A DNA stretch of 64,000 bases from Octopus vulgaris (lineage: Eukaryota). Each line of letters opens with the position of its first letter. The stretch's first letter is position 1. The position numbers and the translations under genes were made by a program. Positions 25,125-38,921 of this stretch are shown here, one piece after another. The stretch covers positions 49,042,001 to 49,106,000 of the forward strand of contig OX597818.1 of assembly GCA_951406725.2 (NCBI GenBank), written 5' to 3'. The notes beneath the pieces are model-generated. The model did not search any database. It was not told the origin of the DNA and saw only the letters and a list, made by a program, of their open reading frames with translations.

Positions 25125-25388
25125 CACTGAACACCTTTTTGATCTTCATGTGTCTAACACACATGGACATGCCTACAAAGCCAGAAAACAACACAGCTCC
25201 CATGACTTTTGGAAACATTTTTTCACGCTCAGAGTTGCTGAAGCATGGAACAAACTACCTGCGTCAGTTGTTGACTGCCATGACACTGCATCCTTTAAGG
25301 CCCTCATGCTTTCCGAAATCCGCCGAAGCTACACCTGATTATACATACACTTTAGATGAGTTGTAGTGCACCTGAGCACTGTACACAA

Positions 25389-25439
<51 letters not shown>

Positions 25440-25440
25440 C
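25125..25440 (+). pseudogene. CR1-group LINE 3' end with (ATT)n tail
   Basis: GHAYKARKQHSSHDFWKHFFTLRVAEAWNKLP; same family as 12800-13778. Confidence 0.85.
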
Positions 25441-27094
25441 GCATTCAAGAATATAAATGCATGTTTAAGCACAACACATGTAGAGTCAAAAAGAAACACC
25501 TTTCACCTGGCATTGTGTGAATGACAGTGCTCTCTCTCCCTAGAGTGAAGCTTCCTATCTCAGACATGTGAGCATGCACTCAACAGCCAAATACCCCATC
25601 ACTGGAACTGTGAACAGTTCTATACAAGGATTTTTGTATTGTTTTCAGAAACTAGAGGATGGCTGCTGACATTAAGCTTAAGGATTATATAATGTACAAG
25701 TATAAAGAAAGAATTAAAGAAAAAAGGACTCATTATATTGAATGTTATTGATAATATCGAGAGAAAATAGTGGGTGCTGCAGTTCTGCAGTGCCTATACA
25801 TGAGCTACCACTGGTGCTCAGCCACTTGCATGTTAACTTCATGAGCAGGCTGTTTTTTTTTTTATTGAAACAGCTGGATCTCTCATCATTGTAATTGACG
25901 GAGCACCAGAAAGCAAATATCCTTATGATGGCCAGTGGTTTGCTTTTCTCCATCACAGTTATCACACTTTGTAAGAGCCAATGAGCAATCTTCTCTGTCA
26001 GGTTGTTCAAATTGCAAGAAATAGTAGCAAAATCTCTCTAAAATCAAACCCTATTATCTTTAATGAAGAAGGATATATTTGACAGTATTCTTGTAAATGA
26101 TGAATAGGTTGAGTTGTTACAGTGTGGGATAGCATGCCTTGCAGTAATTTTTCTGGTTCTTTCCATTCTGTGTACAATTCCTTCCTGGATCAGATCTGCC
26201 TTCCATACTTTCAGGGTCAATAAAAAATTATCAATAAAAAAGTACTGATAAAAAACACACCAATAAATAAATACTGATAAAAAAGTACTAATCTAGGGCA
26301 GTAAACTGACAGGACTGTAAGAACACGAGACTGGATGCCTTGTGGTACTTGTTCTGGTTCTTTCAATTTGAATATCAAATTCCACCATGACCTACTTGGG
26401 TGGTAGAGTTAATTTGTTGCCTAGTTTAAGACTACTAGCTGGTACCCTGGGTACCATTAGTGGAGACTGCTCTGTAGTAAAGCAGTCGGACCAGGCTTCC
26501 AGTTACCTTTCTCTGTCCTCTCCCATCAGTCTCAGAGAATCTGTAAAGTGTAGTACCCTCCCGCCTGATAAAAAAAAAAACGGACCAATCTATGGTAGTT
26601 TTGCAAGAACATGAAACTGGATACCTTGTGGTATTTGCTCTGCTTCTTTCAATTCAAATATCAAATTCATTCCCTCCGAAGTAAACTTATTCATAGAATT
26701 AAGTCCGTCACGAGTCCTAAGGCTGATTAGGGCGGAGATTAACCCAGTTCTCATGACGTGTAAATGATTGAGATTACAACATCCCTCATTGGATGGGACA
26801 CCAATCTGCAGACTTAACTGCCCAGAAATTGCTGGAACCCTTTTTTACACCAGAATGGACTGAAGCAACATAAAATGAACTGGTTTGCTTAGAAACACGG
26901 CGCACCGAGCAGTTTAGGAATTGATACCGTGATTTTAGGATCGTGAGGGCCTACACCCTGATTGTTGGGCCATGTACTTCCACTGCCTTGTGTAGAAAAG
27001 ATAAAAAAATAGACTAGTGAAAGATGATCGGATCAGGCACGACTGGAATATCTTTGATCAATGGTTTGTTTGATTAAGGCTGAACTAGGGTTAA

Positions 27095-27121
27095 ACAACA
27101 ACGATGACGGCGGCGGCGGCG

Positions 27122-27216
<95 letters not shown>

Positions 27217-27222
27217 GACGAC
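27095..27222. repeat. (CTA)n/(CGA)n trinucleotide microsatellite
   Basis: Direct sequence. Confidence 0.97.
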
Positions 27223-28355
27223 TTTCATTCCATGTTTCTCTCTCACCCCTAGTAGTTTCTTGCGTGTCTTGAAGTTAATAAAATCCACCAAGTTCCCTGC
27301 TACAACTGCTACTACAGCCTAAGGCGTCAGACAAAGTGACACATTCAATATTGTCAACATAGTAAACCAACTCCCTATAAAGTGTGACATCTGAACCCAG
27401 CAAAGTTAAACAATGGAGTGAAATATTTAATTGCTTCTTTGTAGTTATAAGGAACGTCCAACCTCCCTTTATGCCTAGAGCCTTTTTCTGAGTGAACATG
27501 TGTGGAGTTTAACGCAAACTCGAACTCTTCCACATACAGTGGTGATAATTTCGAACATTGGCTGAAGGGGATCTTTTCCTTTTGAACGGCACATGTCAAC
27601 ACAATTTCTAGTTAACTAAACACTTTTAAACTTCGTATACTGGTAGAATGTGTTTTTAAAACATCATTTTTTCTTGGCTTTATTGAGAAAATTCTATATG
27701 TTGTAACATATTTCCACTTTAATTTCAAGCATTTCGGCAATTTTAACCAATCGCTGACCTCCATTTGGGGTGAAAACATTCCGTGCTGTATGAATATGTC
27801 CCTCGTTTAAGAAACAGATTGGGTTTATATACATTTGCGAAGAAAAAAAGATACCCTTTCCCCACCCCTAACCCTGACTCATCCTAACTCTAACCCTAAA
27901 TCTAAAATAGATTGAAATGCAATAGATCGATTCTAGGGTTATAATTATGGGTGACATTTTCATTTGACACCGCTAGAAAAAAATCAATTTGTGTGAGGTT
28001 ATCGTTGTTGGTGTTGTAGTTTAACTACGAGTCAGTTCTTCTCAAACAGACCTATGGCCAGAGGCATTCCAGCCTTGATCGTCCCATCTTTTTCCCCAGT
28101 GAAAGAACGAAAGACCACATTAGCCAATGTATGCATTTTAAGAAAATAGGATGTTATTTGGGGGAGATTTGGTTGCTATTTCTTGCAACTCGAGAAACCG
28201 CTAAGAGGTTCCCCAGTTAGTTCATTTGAACTTGCGGAATATGAAGTCAGAATGTAAAGGGACATAATTAACTACAGTAAGATATTTTTCTGGATCTACA
28301 TAGTTATGTCCCATTGTATAGCAAAACTTAGTTATATTTTACAAACTGCTTACAC

Positions 28356-29435
28356 AATAATAATAATAATAATAGTAATAGTAATAGTAATAATAATAGT
28401 AATAGTAATAGTAATAATAATAATAATAGTAATAGTAATAATAATAACAACAACAACAATAATGAAATTATTGTATAGTGCTCAGGTGCACCACAACTTG
28501 TCAGAAAGTGCATATAAAGTATATGCAGTAATGTACAAATGTCTGGAAAGCGAACAGTGTATGAGCCAGATACATGCTTGTGTGTGTGTATGGAGGGGAG
28601 AAAATCAGGTGTAGTGTTGGCGAATCTCAGGAAGTATGGAAGTTTTGAAGGATGCAGTGCTCCGACAACTAACAACTGATGCCGGCAGTTTGTTCCATAC
28701 TTCAGCAACTCTTAGCATGAAAATTTGTTTCCTAAAGTCATGGGAGCTGTGCTGTTTTCTGACTTTGTAAATATGTCCACAGGTGTTAGACAGGTGGAGT
28801 TTGAAAAGGTGCTCAGAGTTATTGTTAGTAAGATGGTTAATAATTTTATGGGTGTCTGCCAAGTCAGCTGCCAAATGTCAGAGTTTCAATGTATCCATGC
28901 CCAGGGAGGTAAGGTGTTCAGAATATGGCAAATGCCTGATGGAGGGTATTCTCTTGGTTGCACGTCACTGAACGGTTTCCAGACGATTAGTATCCTGGGC
29001 AAAATAGGGGTTCCAGATGATTAGTATCCTGGGCAAAATAGGGGTTCCAGATGATTAGTATCCTGGGCAAAATAGGGGTTCCAGATGATTAGTATCCTGG
29101 GCAAAATAGGGGTTCCAGATGATTAGTATCCTGGGCAAAATAGGGGTTCCAGATGATTAGTATCCTGGGCAAAATAGGGGTTCCAGATGATTAGTATCCT
29201 GGGCAAAATAGGGGTTCCAGATGATTAGTATCCTGGGCAAAATAGGGGTTCCAGATGATTAGTATCCTGGGCAAAATAGGGGTTCCAGATGATTAGTATC
29301 CTGGGCAAAATAGGGGTTCCAGATGATTAGTAACCTGGGCAAAATAGGGGTTTCAAACTGGTGATGCAAATACCAGGTGATGCCGCACCATAGCTGTATG
29401 AAGCCTCAGATAGATAGCCGGAAAGTGGCTCACAA
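28356..29435 (-). pseudogene. CR1-group LINE 3' fragment containing a minisatellite; (ATT/ACT)n tail
   Basis: DLADTHKIINHL...RVAEVWNKLP; colinear with the 12800-13430 copy. Confidence 0.85.
28977..29350. repeat. Minisatellite, 11 x 34 bp
   Basis: Unit ttccagatgattagtatcctgggcaaaatagggg; nearly identical copies, no spacers. Confidence 0.95.
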
Positions 29436-30544
29436 CCCTTTCAGCTGTTGACTGAAGATCCCAGTTTCAGTACCATCTGACAATATCACACACTTCAACA
29501 ATATCGAGCAGTATTATTGCTATCAAGGAATGTCCAGATACCTTTGTCCCTCACTGTAGCACACTTTTTTCATCTAATATCTATGCAATCAACACAGCGA
29601 AATAGGTGAGATCTAAGTCTGCTAAGGTCAAAATAAAAATGTCAGTCAAACGCTGAGATAAATGTAAGCAACTACTCCTAATATTTGTCACTTTATGACA
29701 ATTTTAGAAATCAATATAAATTAAGGCAATAGTGGCAAGTGCTATGGAACAAAGGGAAATCTCCTGGTGAGCTGAGTTTGCAATAGGGGTTCAATTCCTG
29801 ACTGGAGCCATTTTCCTTCATTTAAACCAGAGGTTATCAAACTTTTTGAGTCACTGCCTCCCTCCTCATGGCCTTCAGCGCCCCCACCTCTATTTTTATG
29901 TATAAATAAATATTTTATATTTTACTAATTTATATATACTTTGAATCATTTGATCATCATCATCCTCATCATCATTTAACGTTCGTTTTCCATGCTAGCA
30001 TGGGTTGGGCGGTTCAACTGGGATCTGGGAAGCCAGGAGGCTGTACTAGGCTCCAGTTTGATATCTGGCAGTGTTTCTAGAGCTGGATGCCCTTCCTATC
30101 GCCAACCATTCCGTGAGTATAGTGGGTGCTTTTTACGTGCCACTGGCACAGGGGCTAGAGGAGGCTGGCCATGTCCACAATCGGTTGGTGCATTTTACGT
30201 GCCACCGGCACAGAAGCCAGTCAAGGTGGTGCTGGCATTGGCCATGTTTAGATGGTGCTTTTTATGTGCCACCAGCACAGGTATCACAACTACAATTTCC
30301 ATTTGATTTTCATTTTGATGTTGATGTACTTGACTCAATAGGTCTCCTCAAGCACAGCAGGTTGCCCTATGATCCAAGGTAAGCACAGCAGGCCGTCTTG
30401 TGAGCCATGAACTCACTTAATTTTTCGGGTCTTCGCAGTCACAGCATATCTCCAGAGGTCTCAGTCTTTTGTCATTGCCTCTGTGAGGCCCAGTGTTCAA
30501 AGGTCATGTTTGACAACCTCATCCCATGTCTTCCTGTTCGCCAT

Positions 30545-33330
30545 CCAACTCAATCTGAAACAAAGGTTTCTATATCTTCTGGAACCATTCCAAGTGACTT
30601 CATAGTAGTCCTTATGCTGCCCTTAAACCTTTTTTTAGGTTTACATCGATAACATTTCCCCACTGCAAGCTCACCATAAAACAGCTGTTTTGGCATGCGT
30701 TCATCTGCCATTCGAACAATATGGCTACACCATCTCAATTGGTTCCTCAAAATCATATCTTTAATGTGATGCCTGCAGATGCAAGGACATCTGTGTTTGG
30801 AGTAAAAGAACATTTAATTTTTAAAATGCGATGAAGGCACTTTTGGTGGAATTGTTCTAATAATTTAAAATGCCTTTCATAACAAGTCCAAGTTTCACAG
30901 GAATACAACAGGGATGGTAAGACAAATGATTTGTAAAGAGCCAGCTTTGTATTCTTATTTATATGTTGCTGGCACCAAATGCATGACTTCAAGCCACCAA
31001 ATGCTTTTGCTGCTCTTTGAATTCGTAGCTGTATTTCTGTATCAAGATTTCCATCATTTTGAACAGAGCTTCCAAGGTAGGCAAATGAATCAACAACCCT
31101 TAACAACTCTACCTTAAAAATTTTTAGCGGGGTTACAAACAGCACCACACACAGGTTGATGCATTACAACTGTTTTTTTCTCAAATTGATGGTCAAGCCC
31201 AAATCATCACAAATTGAGTCAAATGCAGATACAAGAGATAGCAGATCTATTTCAGAATGACGGACAAGATTGCAATCGTCAGCATACAAAAGTTCCCTAA
31301 TGAAGTTTGAATTTTAGTCTGGTCATATTAAAAACATTCCCTGTTGTTCAATATTTTATGTAATAACCCTCTTCAGAGTTTTGAAAAGTATGTGACATCA
31401 CAACAACAAAGTATATTGCAAAGAGGGTGGGTGCATCAAGGTCTAGCTTTACTCCATTTTCCACAGCAAAAGATTCAGAGAGCCTACCACCAAAATTAAC
31501 TCTAGTTTTCATATCTTGATGCAAAGCCCTGACCATGTTTACAAATTTTTCTGGGCAACCTATTTTCCTTAGAATTAGCCACAGAGCATTTCGATTAACA
31601 GTATCGAATGCTTTACTCAAATCAGCAAAGCAATGATATAGAGCAAGATTCTGTTCAATGCACTTTTCTTGTAATTGTCTGACAGTGAAAAAAACAATCA
31701 ACTGTACCCCTGGAGGAACGAAAACCACTCTGAGACTCAGACACTTTATTTGGAACTATAAAGGTATTTAAACGGTCTAACAAAATGCAGGCAAGTACCT
31801 TTCCAACCACAGACAAAAGCGAAATCCTATGAAAATTACCACACAGATCCTTTGGTCCCAATTTACACAAGGAGGCTAAAATGGCATCAATCCAGTCTTG
31901 AGGCACTTTCTCAGTTCTCCAAAAGTGACAAATTGATATAGTTAAGAATTCAAACATTTTGTCACCCCCATATTTCAAGACTTCTGCACAGATTCCATCA
32001 GACCCTGGAGACTTATTGTTATTCAGCTTATTCACAGCTAAATAAATGTCAATTAGAATTGGTTCAAATGTCATCTGTTCTATAACTAAAAGGTGTTTAA
32101 TTTTTTTTTTATCGTCCTCATGTTAATGGATGATGGTCCATTCAAAAGTGTGGAAAAATGTTCTACCCAACACTTATGAATAGAAGCGGTGTCAGTCAGA
32201 AGAAAACGTCCATTTGCTGTTCTCACTGGAGCTATTGAAGAAGATTTTGGGCCATATACCTCCTTAACATAAGAGTACAAACCCTTGGCATTATTTCTAT
32301 CAGCTGCTTCTTGTGCCCCTTTTGCTCTATAATTCCACCATTCCTGTTTAATTTTCTTCAGAGCAGTCTACACTTTCCCTTTCAGCTTTCTGTAAGCTTT
32401 GTTTGAGTTGGGGTTCAAGGACTGAGAAAGAAGTGTATTGCCTAAGCTTTGTTTTTCTAAAGGTAGATCATGAATTTCTGCTGATCTATCTGAGAACCAG
32501 GCACTGGATTTATGAGATTTAAATCCCACTGACGAACTTGCAGCCTGAAATACTTTTGTTTTGAAATCTTCCCATAGAATATTTGGGTCAAGATTGATAC
32601 TTTCTATAGCATCATGGAATTTTTGCAAGTTGCTTGATAATTTAAAGTTTGCATCATTTAACTTTTGGGATACCTTAGGACCAGGCTGTCGATTTTTAGG
32701 CATTATCAAAAAATCTATTTTCCCACACACTAGAGGATGGTCAGTCCAAGTCTCTGCTCCTCTAATGGCCCAAATGCTAGAAACGTCTTTCATATCACGT
32801 TTTCTTATCAGAATATAATCAATGAGATGCCAGTACTTAGATCTTGGGTGCATCCAGGTGGTTTTATTTTTCTGCTTAAACAGAGTATTGGTGACAACCA
32901 GATTATTCTCAGTACAAAATGTCAAAAGAGCTACTCCATTTTTATTGCATTTTCCAATTCCATGTCGACCTAAAACAGGCCATGAAACATAGTCTTTTCC
33001 AACTCTTGCATTGAAATCTCCCAATATGACCAGCTTGTCAGAAATTTGTACTTTCCTCAATAATTGTGCTAGATCATCATAAAACTGTCCTACTGTTTCA
33101 TCAGAATGGGACATTGTTGGTGCATAAATACTTACAACGGTAAGAAACTTACCTATTGTCAGTTAAATACAGCATGACATGATCTGTTCAGATATACCAC
33201 TTGGAAGCTCTGCAATGGGGGATACTAATGTATTCCTGAGAGCAAACCCAACACCAGATTCTCTATGCTAACCCTTAGGCAGGTCTCTCCAAAAGATAGT
33301 ATATCCATAAGTAGGTTCATTTACTTGACC
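30545..33330 (-). mobile_element. Degenerate RTE (BovB/RTE-1-like) LINE: APE endonuclease plus RT
   Basis: SIYAPT, ILGDFNARVG, TWMHPRSKYWHLIDYIL, TDH, KSPGSDGI, QSGFR, RQLQEKC, FADLSKAFDTV, LLYADD, FAYLGS, LLYSCETW, RMPKQLFYGEL; multiple frameshifts. Confidence 0.93.
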
Positions 33331-33649
33331 CTCACCAGAGAGACAAGTTTCAGAAAGCGCAACTATATCAAGGGAATATTTCTAAAGCTCACATGCAATA
33401 AGTGCGTACACACACACAGAAAGAAAGAGAGAGAGAGAGAGGGGAGACAGAGAGATAAACTCACACTTCCCTGACACCTTCCCACACCTACTATATTTAG
33501 ATATGAATAATGAATTTCTGTCTGTCTCTCTTTCTTCTCATTCTCCTCTCTGCTCTCTCTCTCTCTTTCTCTCTGCCACCTCAGTCAGTCAAATTGTCCA
33601 ACCCATGCTAGCATGGAAAACGGACGTTAAATGATGATAATGATAATGA

Positions 33650-34545
33650 TGATTATTATTACTGTTTTACCTCTCAGAACATTTGGTCTTGTTTGTTCTG
33701 GTAGATTCTGTGAGAGCAGACAGCAGCCTGCTGTCCAGAGGTCTCACATGGCCTCTTCCCACACATTATAAGCTTTGATACTTGGTTGTTAATTATCGTA
33801 GGAGGCATTCAACATCCATATACCAATCTCAAAATTCTAGCTGTCCCCAGCAGAGTAGTTTTTTGGGCTTGCTCTGTTCTCATGTCAATTCTAATTTCTC
33901 TGCCATATTTCTTGAACTTGGTTGTTAGTGTTCCAAGTGCCCCTACAACTACTGGAATGACAGACACTCTCCTCGTAGTCCACATTCTTACAATTTCGTC
34001 TTTTAGTAGTCTGTACTTTACAATCTTTTCTAGTTCTTTGTAGTTATGCTTGCACCTCCAGGTATTGCAATATCTATGATCTTGGTTTCCTTTTTCCTTT
34101 ATCTATTACAACAATATCTAGTCCCCAAGCCTTGATTAGGGAGTCACATTAGATTGTAAAATTCCACAGTATCTTATTCCTTGTCCTCAGTGACCCCTGG
34201 TTCATGTTCGTACCATTTCTTTGCTCTGTTCAGGCAGTACTTTACACACAGCCTCTAGTGGATGAACTCAGTCACATTATTGTGCCTCCTTTTGTAGGGC
34301 TTTTAGGCCAGCTTGCTACACTCACTCACAATATGTGACATTGTTTCGTTTCTGCTACCACACATCCTACAAAGGGGCAATTCGCTACTCTTATTTACTT
34401 GAAACTTGGTGTAATTAGTTCTCAGAGCTTGCTCCTGGGAGCTGCATATCAATGCCTCAGTGCATCTTTATGGATCACTTTTCTTTAGCCATCCCCAAGT
34501 GTTGATCTTGCCTTTTCCTTCAGTCTCTCTGAGGAGCTGGCAAGA
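33650..34545 (-). mobile_element. R4/Dong-like non-LTR retrotransposon 3' fragment (restriction-like endonuclease)
   Basis: QEQALRTNY, CCHC knuckle CRMCGSRNETMSHIVSEC, YKRRHNNV, WYEH, KILWNF, IIDIAIP, VIPVVVGALG, QKTTLLGTARILR. Confidence 0.85.
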
Positions 34546-35253
34546 TTGTTAGCACAACAGGCAAAATGTTTAGAAGCATATCATCCATCTTTATGTTCTG
34601 TGTTCAATTTCAAATTCTGTCGAGATTTGCTTTGCTTTTCATCCTTTCAGGGTTAAGTACCAGTTGAACATTGGAGTTGATGTAACTGATTCAAACCCTC
34701 CCTTGAAATTGCTGGTCCTATGCCAAAATTTTAAACTAATGCTCATGTTGTAAATGATTAAAAAAAATTTCAAAAAGTGGGGCATGGCTGCGTGGTTAGG
34801 GAGCTTGCTTCCCAACTACATGGTTTCGGGTTCAGTCCCACTGCGTGGCACTTTGGGTAGGTGTCTTCCGCTATAGCCCCGAGCCAACCGAAGCTTTGTG
34901 ATTGAATTCGGTAGGCGGAAGTTACTGCCGTGTGTGTATGTGTGCGTATAGGTGCTCAGTGCCTCTCCGAAAGAGAGAGAGAGAGATCAATAATTTGAAT
35001 GTAATATTTACCAAGGACATACCTCAAACATTAGACATTTGAAAAATATTTTTATGTCTCTTTTCTATAAGTATTTTCTATTAGTATAGGTGTAGGAGTG
35101 GTTGTGTGGTAAGTAGCTTGCTTACGAACCACATGGTTCCGGGTTCAGTCCCACTGTGTGGCATCTTGGGCAAGTGTCTTCTACTATAGCCTCAGGCTGA
35201 CCAAAGCCTTGTGACTGGATTTGGTAGACGGAAACTGAAAGAAGCATGTTGTA

Positions 35254-35308
<55 letters not shown>

Positions 35309-35768
35309 GTGTGTGTATGTTTGTGTGTTTGTGTTTGTCCCCCCACCATCGCTTGACAACCGATGCTGGTGTGTTTACATCCCCGTAACTTGGGGATTCG
35401 GCAAGACACCGATAGAATAAGTACTAGGCTTACAAAGAATAAGTCCTGGGGTTGATTTGCTCGACTAAAGGTGGTGCTCCAGCATGGCCACAGTCAAATG
35501 ACTGAAACAAGTAAAAGAGTAAAAGAGTATAGTCATTTCTGTGGGATACATGCTGGCATGGCTTTGAATAGGCATGAGTATGACTGTGATTAAAAAGTTT
35601 GCATCCCAATTACATGGGTTAGGGGTTCAGTCCTAGTATATGACACGTTGGGCAAATATCTTCTACTATAGCCCCAGGCAGGCCAAAGTCTAGTGAGTGG
35701 ATTTAGTAGAATCCATTCACTAGGCATAAGATTGAAATTGAAAGAAGCTTGTTGTGTGTATGTGTGTG

Positions 35769-35800
<32 letters not shown>

Positions 35801-37483
35801 AGGGCATGTTTTTGTTATTGTCTGCTTGGCTCAACATTTTCTCATCATCATCATCATCATCATTTAACGTCTGCTTTCCATGCTAGCATGGGTTGGACGA
35901 TTTGACTGAGGTCTGGCGAACTAGACTTCAATCTAATCTGGCAATCTAATATTTTTTACCTCATATGATAGAACTCATCAAGATGAGTGTCATGATGCTA
36001 ATCTTTTCAAAAAATATCATTTACACATGGTAGTCATCATCATCATTTAACATCCGCTTTCCATGCTGGCATGGGTTGAATGATTTGACTGAGGTCTGGC
36101 AAACCAGACTCCAATCTGATTTGGCAATGTTTCTACAGCTGGGTGCCCTTCCTAATGCCAACCACTCCGAGAGTGTAGTGGGTGCTTTTATGAGCCACCG
36201 GCACGAGGGCCAATTTGGTGGTACTGGCAACGGCCATGCCCAAATGGTGCTTTTTACGTGCCACCTACACAGGAGCCAGTCCAGCAACACTGGTGACGAC
36301 CTTGCTCGAATGTTTCACATGCCACCAGCACAAGTGCTAGTAAGACGACGCGGTAATCTCACTCGTACGGTACTCTGATAGTTGTAAATGAGCATCACGA
36401 ACATACAAACTGTGTCCTTCATTTCAAATCTTTTATGAAAACATGTCTGGTTAAGGGGAAATATACCATGGGTTGGTGACAGGAAAGGCAACTGTATAAA
36501 AATCTGCCTTAATGAATTCTATCTGATTCATACAAGCATAGAAAAGTGTACATTAAAACGGTGATGATGATGATGATGACAGCGGTGACAAGATGATGAT
36601 GATGATTATGATGATGATAATGGTGATGACCACGAAGATGATGATGATTTAGCCACTATTTGTATGAGTGAATGTGCAAGTAAAACGAAAAAAAATAGTT
36701 ATTCTGAGTTAGTGGTTCCTGGTTGGTACAAGCAATTCACTAGTGTGCCATGAGATTTCACTTGGTACATCATGAAAATAATAAAATTATATTTTAAAAA
36801 TGTGAAATATACAATATGGAATCCGAAATATAAAATCATGATAACTACAATTCTTTATTGAACCAAAAAATACTCTCTTTTTTATTCTTATATTTGTTTC
36901 AGTCACTTGACTGTGGCCATGCTGGAGCACTGCCTTTAGTAGAGCAAAACGACACCAGGACTTACTCTTCATAAGCCTAGTACTTATTCTATCTGTCTCT
37001 TTTGCTGAACTGCTGGTAAGCAGGCTATTTACCACACAGCCACCCCTGCGCCTATATTATTATTATCATTATCATCATCATCATCATTATCATTACTACT
37101 ATTATTATTATTGATCGACAAAAACATTTAATAATCACTGATTTATATCACTATAGACAATAATTTCATTATTATTATTATCATTATTATTGTTATATCC
37201 CCAATGCTTATTTCTATTTCCTTTTTATGTGTAAACAAGTCTATTAAGGGGAATACTAAATCCTTATCACATAACTCTTTTACTCTTTTACTTGTTTCAG
37301 TCATTTGACTGTGGCCATGCTGGAGCACCGCCTTTAGTCGAGCAACTCGACCCCGGGACTTATTCTTTGTAAGCCCAGTACTTATTCTATTGGTCTCTTT
37401 TGCCGAACTGCTAAGTGACGGGGACGTAAACACACCAGCATCGGTTGTGAAGCAATGCTAGGGGGACAAACACAGACATACAA

Positions 37484-37523
<40 letters not shown>

Positions 37524-37955
37524 ATATATACGACAGGCTTCTTTCAGTTTCCATCTACCAAATCCACTCACAAGGCATTGGTCGGCCCGGGGCTATAGCA
37601 GAAGACACTTGCCCAAGATGCCACGCAGTGGGACTGAACCCGGAACCACGTAGTTGGTTACCAAGCTACTTACCACACAGCCACTCCTGCGCCTATAACA
37701 TGAGTTTCAGTTATTTCTTCTGCTTTTCATCTGAATCTTTTGGAAATAATCATATTGGTTTCTGAAACCTCCATGCTTCCTGAAATTCGCCAACACTACA
37801 CCAGATATCCCCCACTCCCATACGTATGCACACATGCATATCGTGACTCATACACTGTTTACTTTCCTGACTTTTGTACATAATTCTATGTACTGTACAT
37901 GCACCTTTGTTGAGTTGTAGTGCACCTGAGCACTATACACAATGATTTCATTTCT

Positions 37956-38530
37956 GCGAGCTGGCAGAAACGTTAGCTCGCCGGGCGAAATGCGTAGCCG
38001 TATTTCGTCTGCCGCTACGTTCTGAGTTTAAATTCCGCCGAGGTCGACTTTGCCTTTCATCCTTTCGGGGTCGATAAATTAAGTACCAGTTACGCACTGA
38101 GATCGATGTAATCGACTTTGTCTGTCCTTGATTGTCCTCTCTGTGTTTAGCCCCTTGTGGGTAGTAAAGAAATAGGTATTTCGTCTGTCTTTACGTTCTG
38201 AGTTCAAATTCCGCCGAAGTAGAGTTTGCATTTCATCCTTTCGGGGTCGATTAAACAAGTACCAGTTACGCACGGGGGTCGATGTAATCGACTTAATCCG
38301 TTTGTCTGTCCTTGTTTGTCCCCTCTGTGTTTAGCCCCTTGAGGGTAGTAAAGAAATAGGTATTTCGTCTGTCTTTATGTTCTGAGTTCAAATTCCGCCG
38401 AGGTCGACCTTGCGTTTCATCCTTTCGGAGTCGATAAATTGAGTACCAGTTTCATACTGGGGTCGATCTAATCGACTGCCCACCCCCACCCCCCAAAAAT
38501 TTCGGGCTTTGTGCCTAGAGTAGAAAAGAT
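37956..38530 (+). mobile_element. SINE family D, tandem trimer; other copies at 38560-38737(-), 39178-39355, 40295-40520, 41305-41462, 53440-53630(-)
   Basis: gagctggcagaaacgttag head, gagttcaaattccgcc B-box, gactttgcctttcatcctttcggggtcgataaa core; internal units restart at ~38001, 38177 and 38361. Confidence 0.85.
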
Positions 38531-38889
38531 TATTTAAAATTTTGCCACAAAGCCAGCAATTTCAGAAGGGGTAAGTCCATTACATGAACTCCAGTTTTCA
38601 ACTGGTACTTATTTTATCGCCCCCTAGAGGATGAAAGGCAAAGTCAGCCTCGGAGAAATTTGAACACAGAACATGAAGACAATGAAATGCCGTTAAGCCT
38701 TTTGCCCGACGCGCTAACGATTCCGCCAGCTCACCGATAAACACAAACCACTGTTAAAAAATATATAATTGACATAATTATCTCCCTTCGTACAGTAGCT
38801 TCAAATGGCTAACCACGTCTGTAGCAGGTTTACTTTATTATTCAGTGAGTCCTTCCGCTATTTTAAGAAATAGCTATGATTTAAGAGAG

Positions 38890-38921
<32 letters not shown>

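Noticed and set aside
27866-27900. Telomere-like ccctaa repeats
   Set aside because: Few degenerate units inside an apparent DNA-transposon fragment (27565-27985), not a telomere
28977-29350. CRISPR-like array (34-bp repeats)
   Set aside because: No spacers, no cas genes, eukaryotic context; the unit derives from LINE sequence
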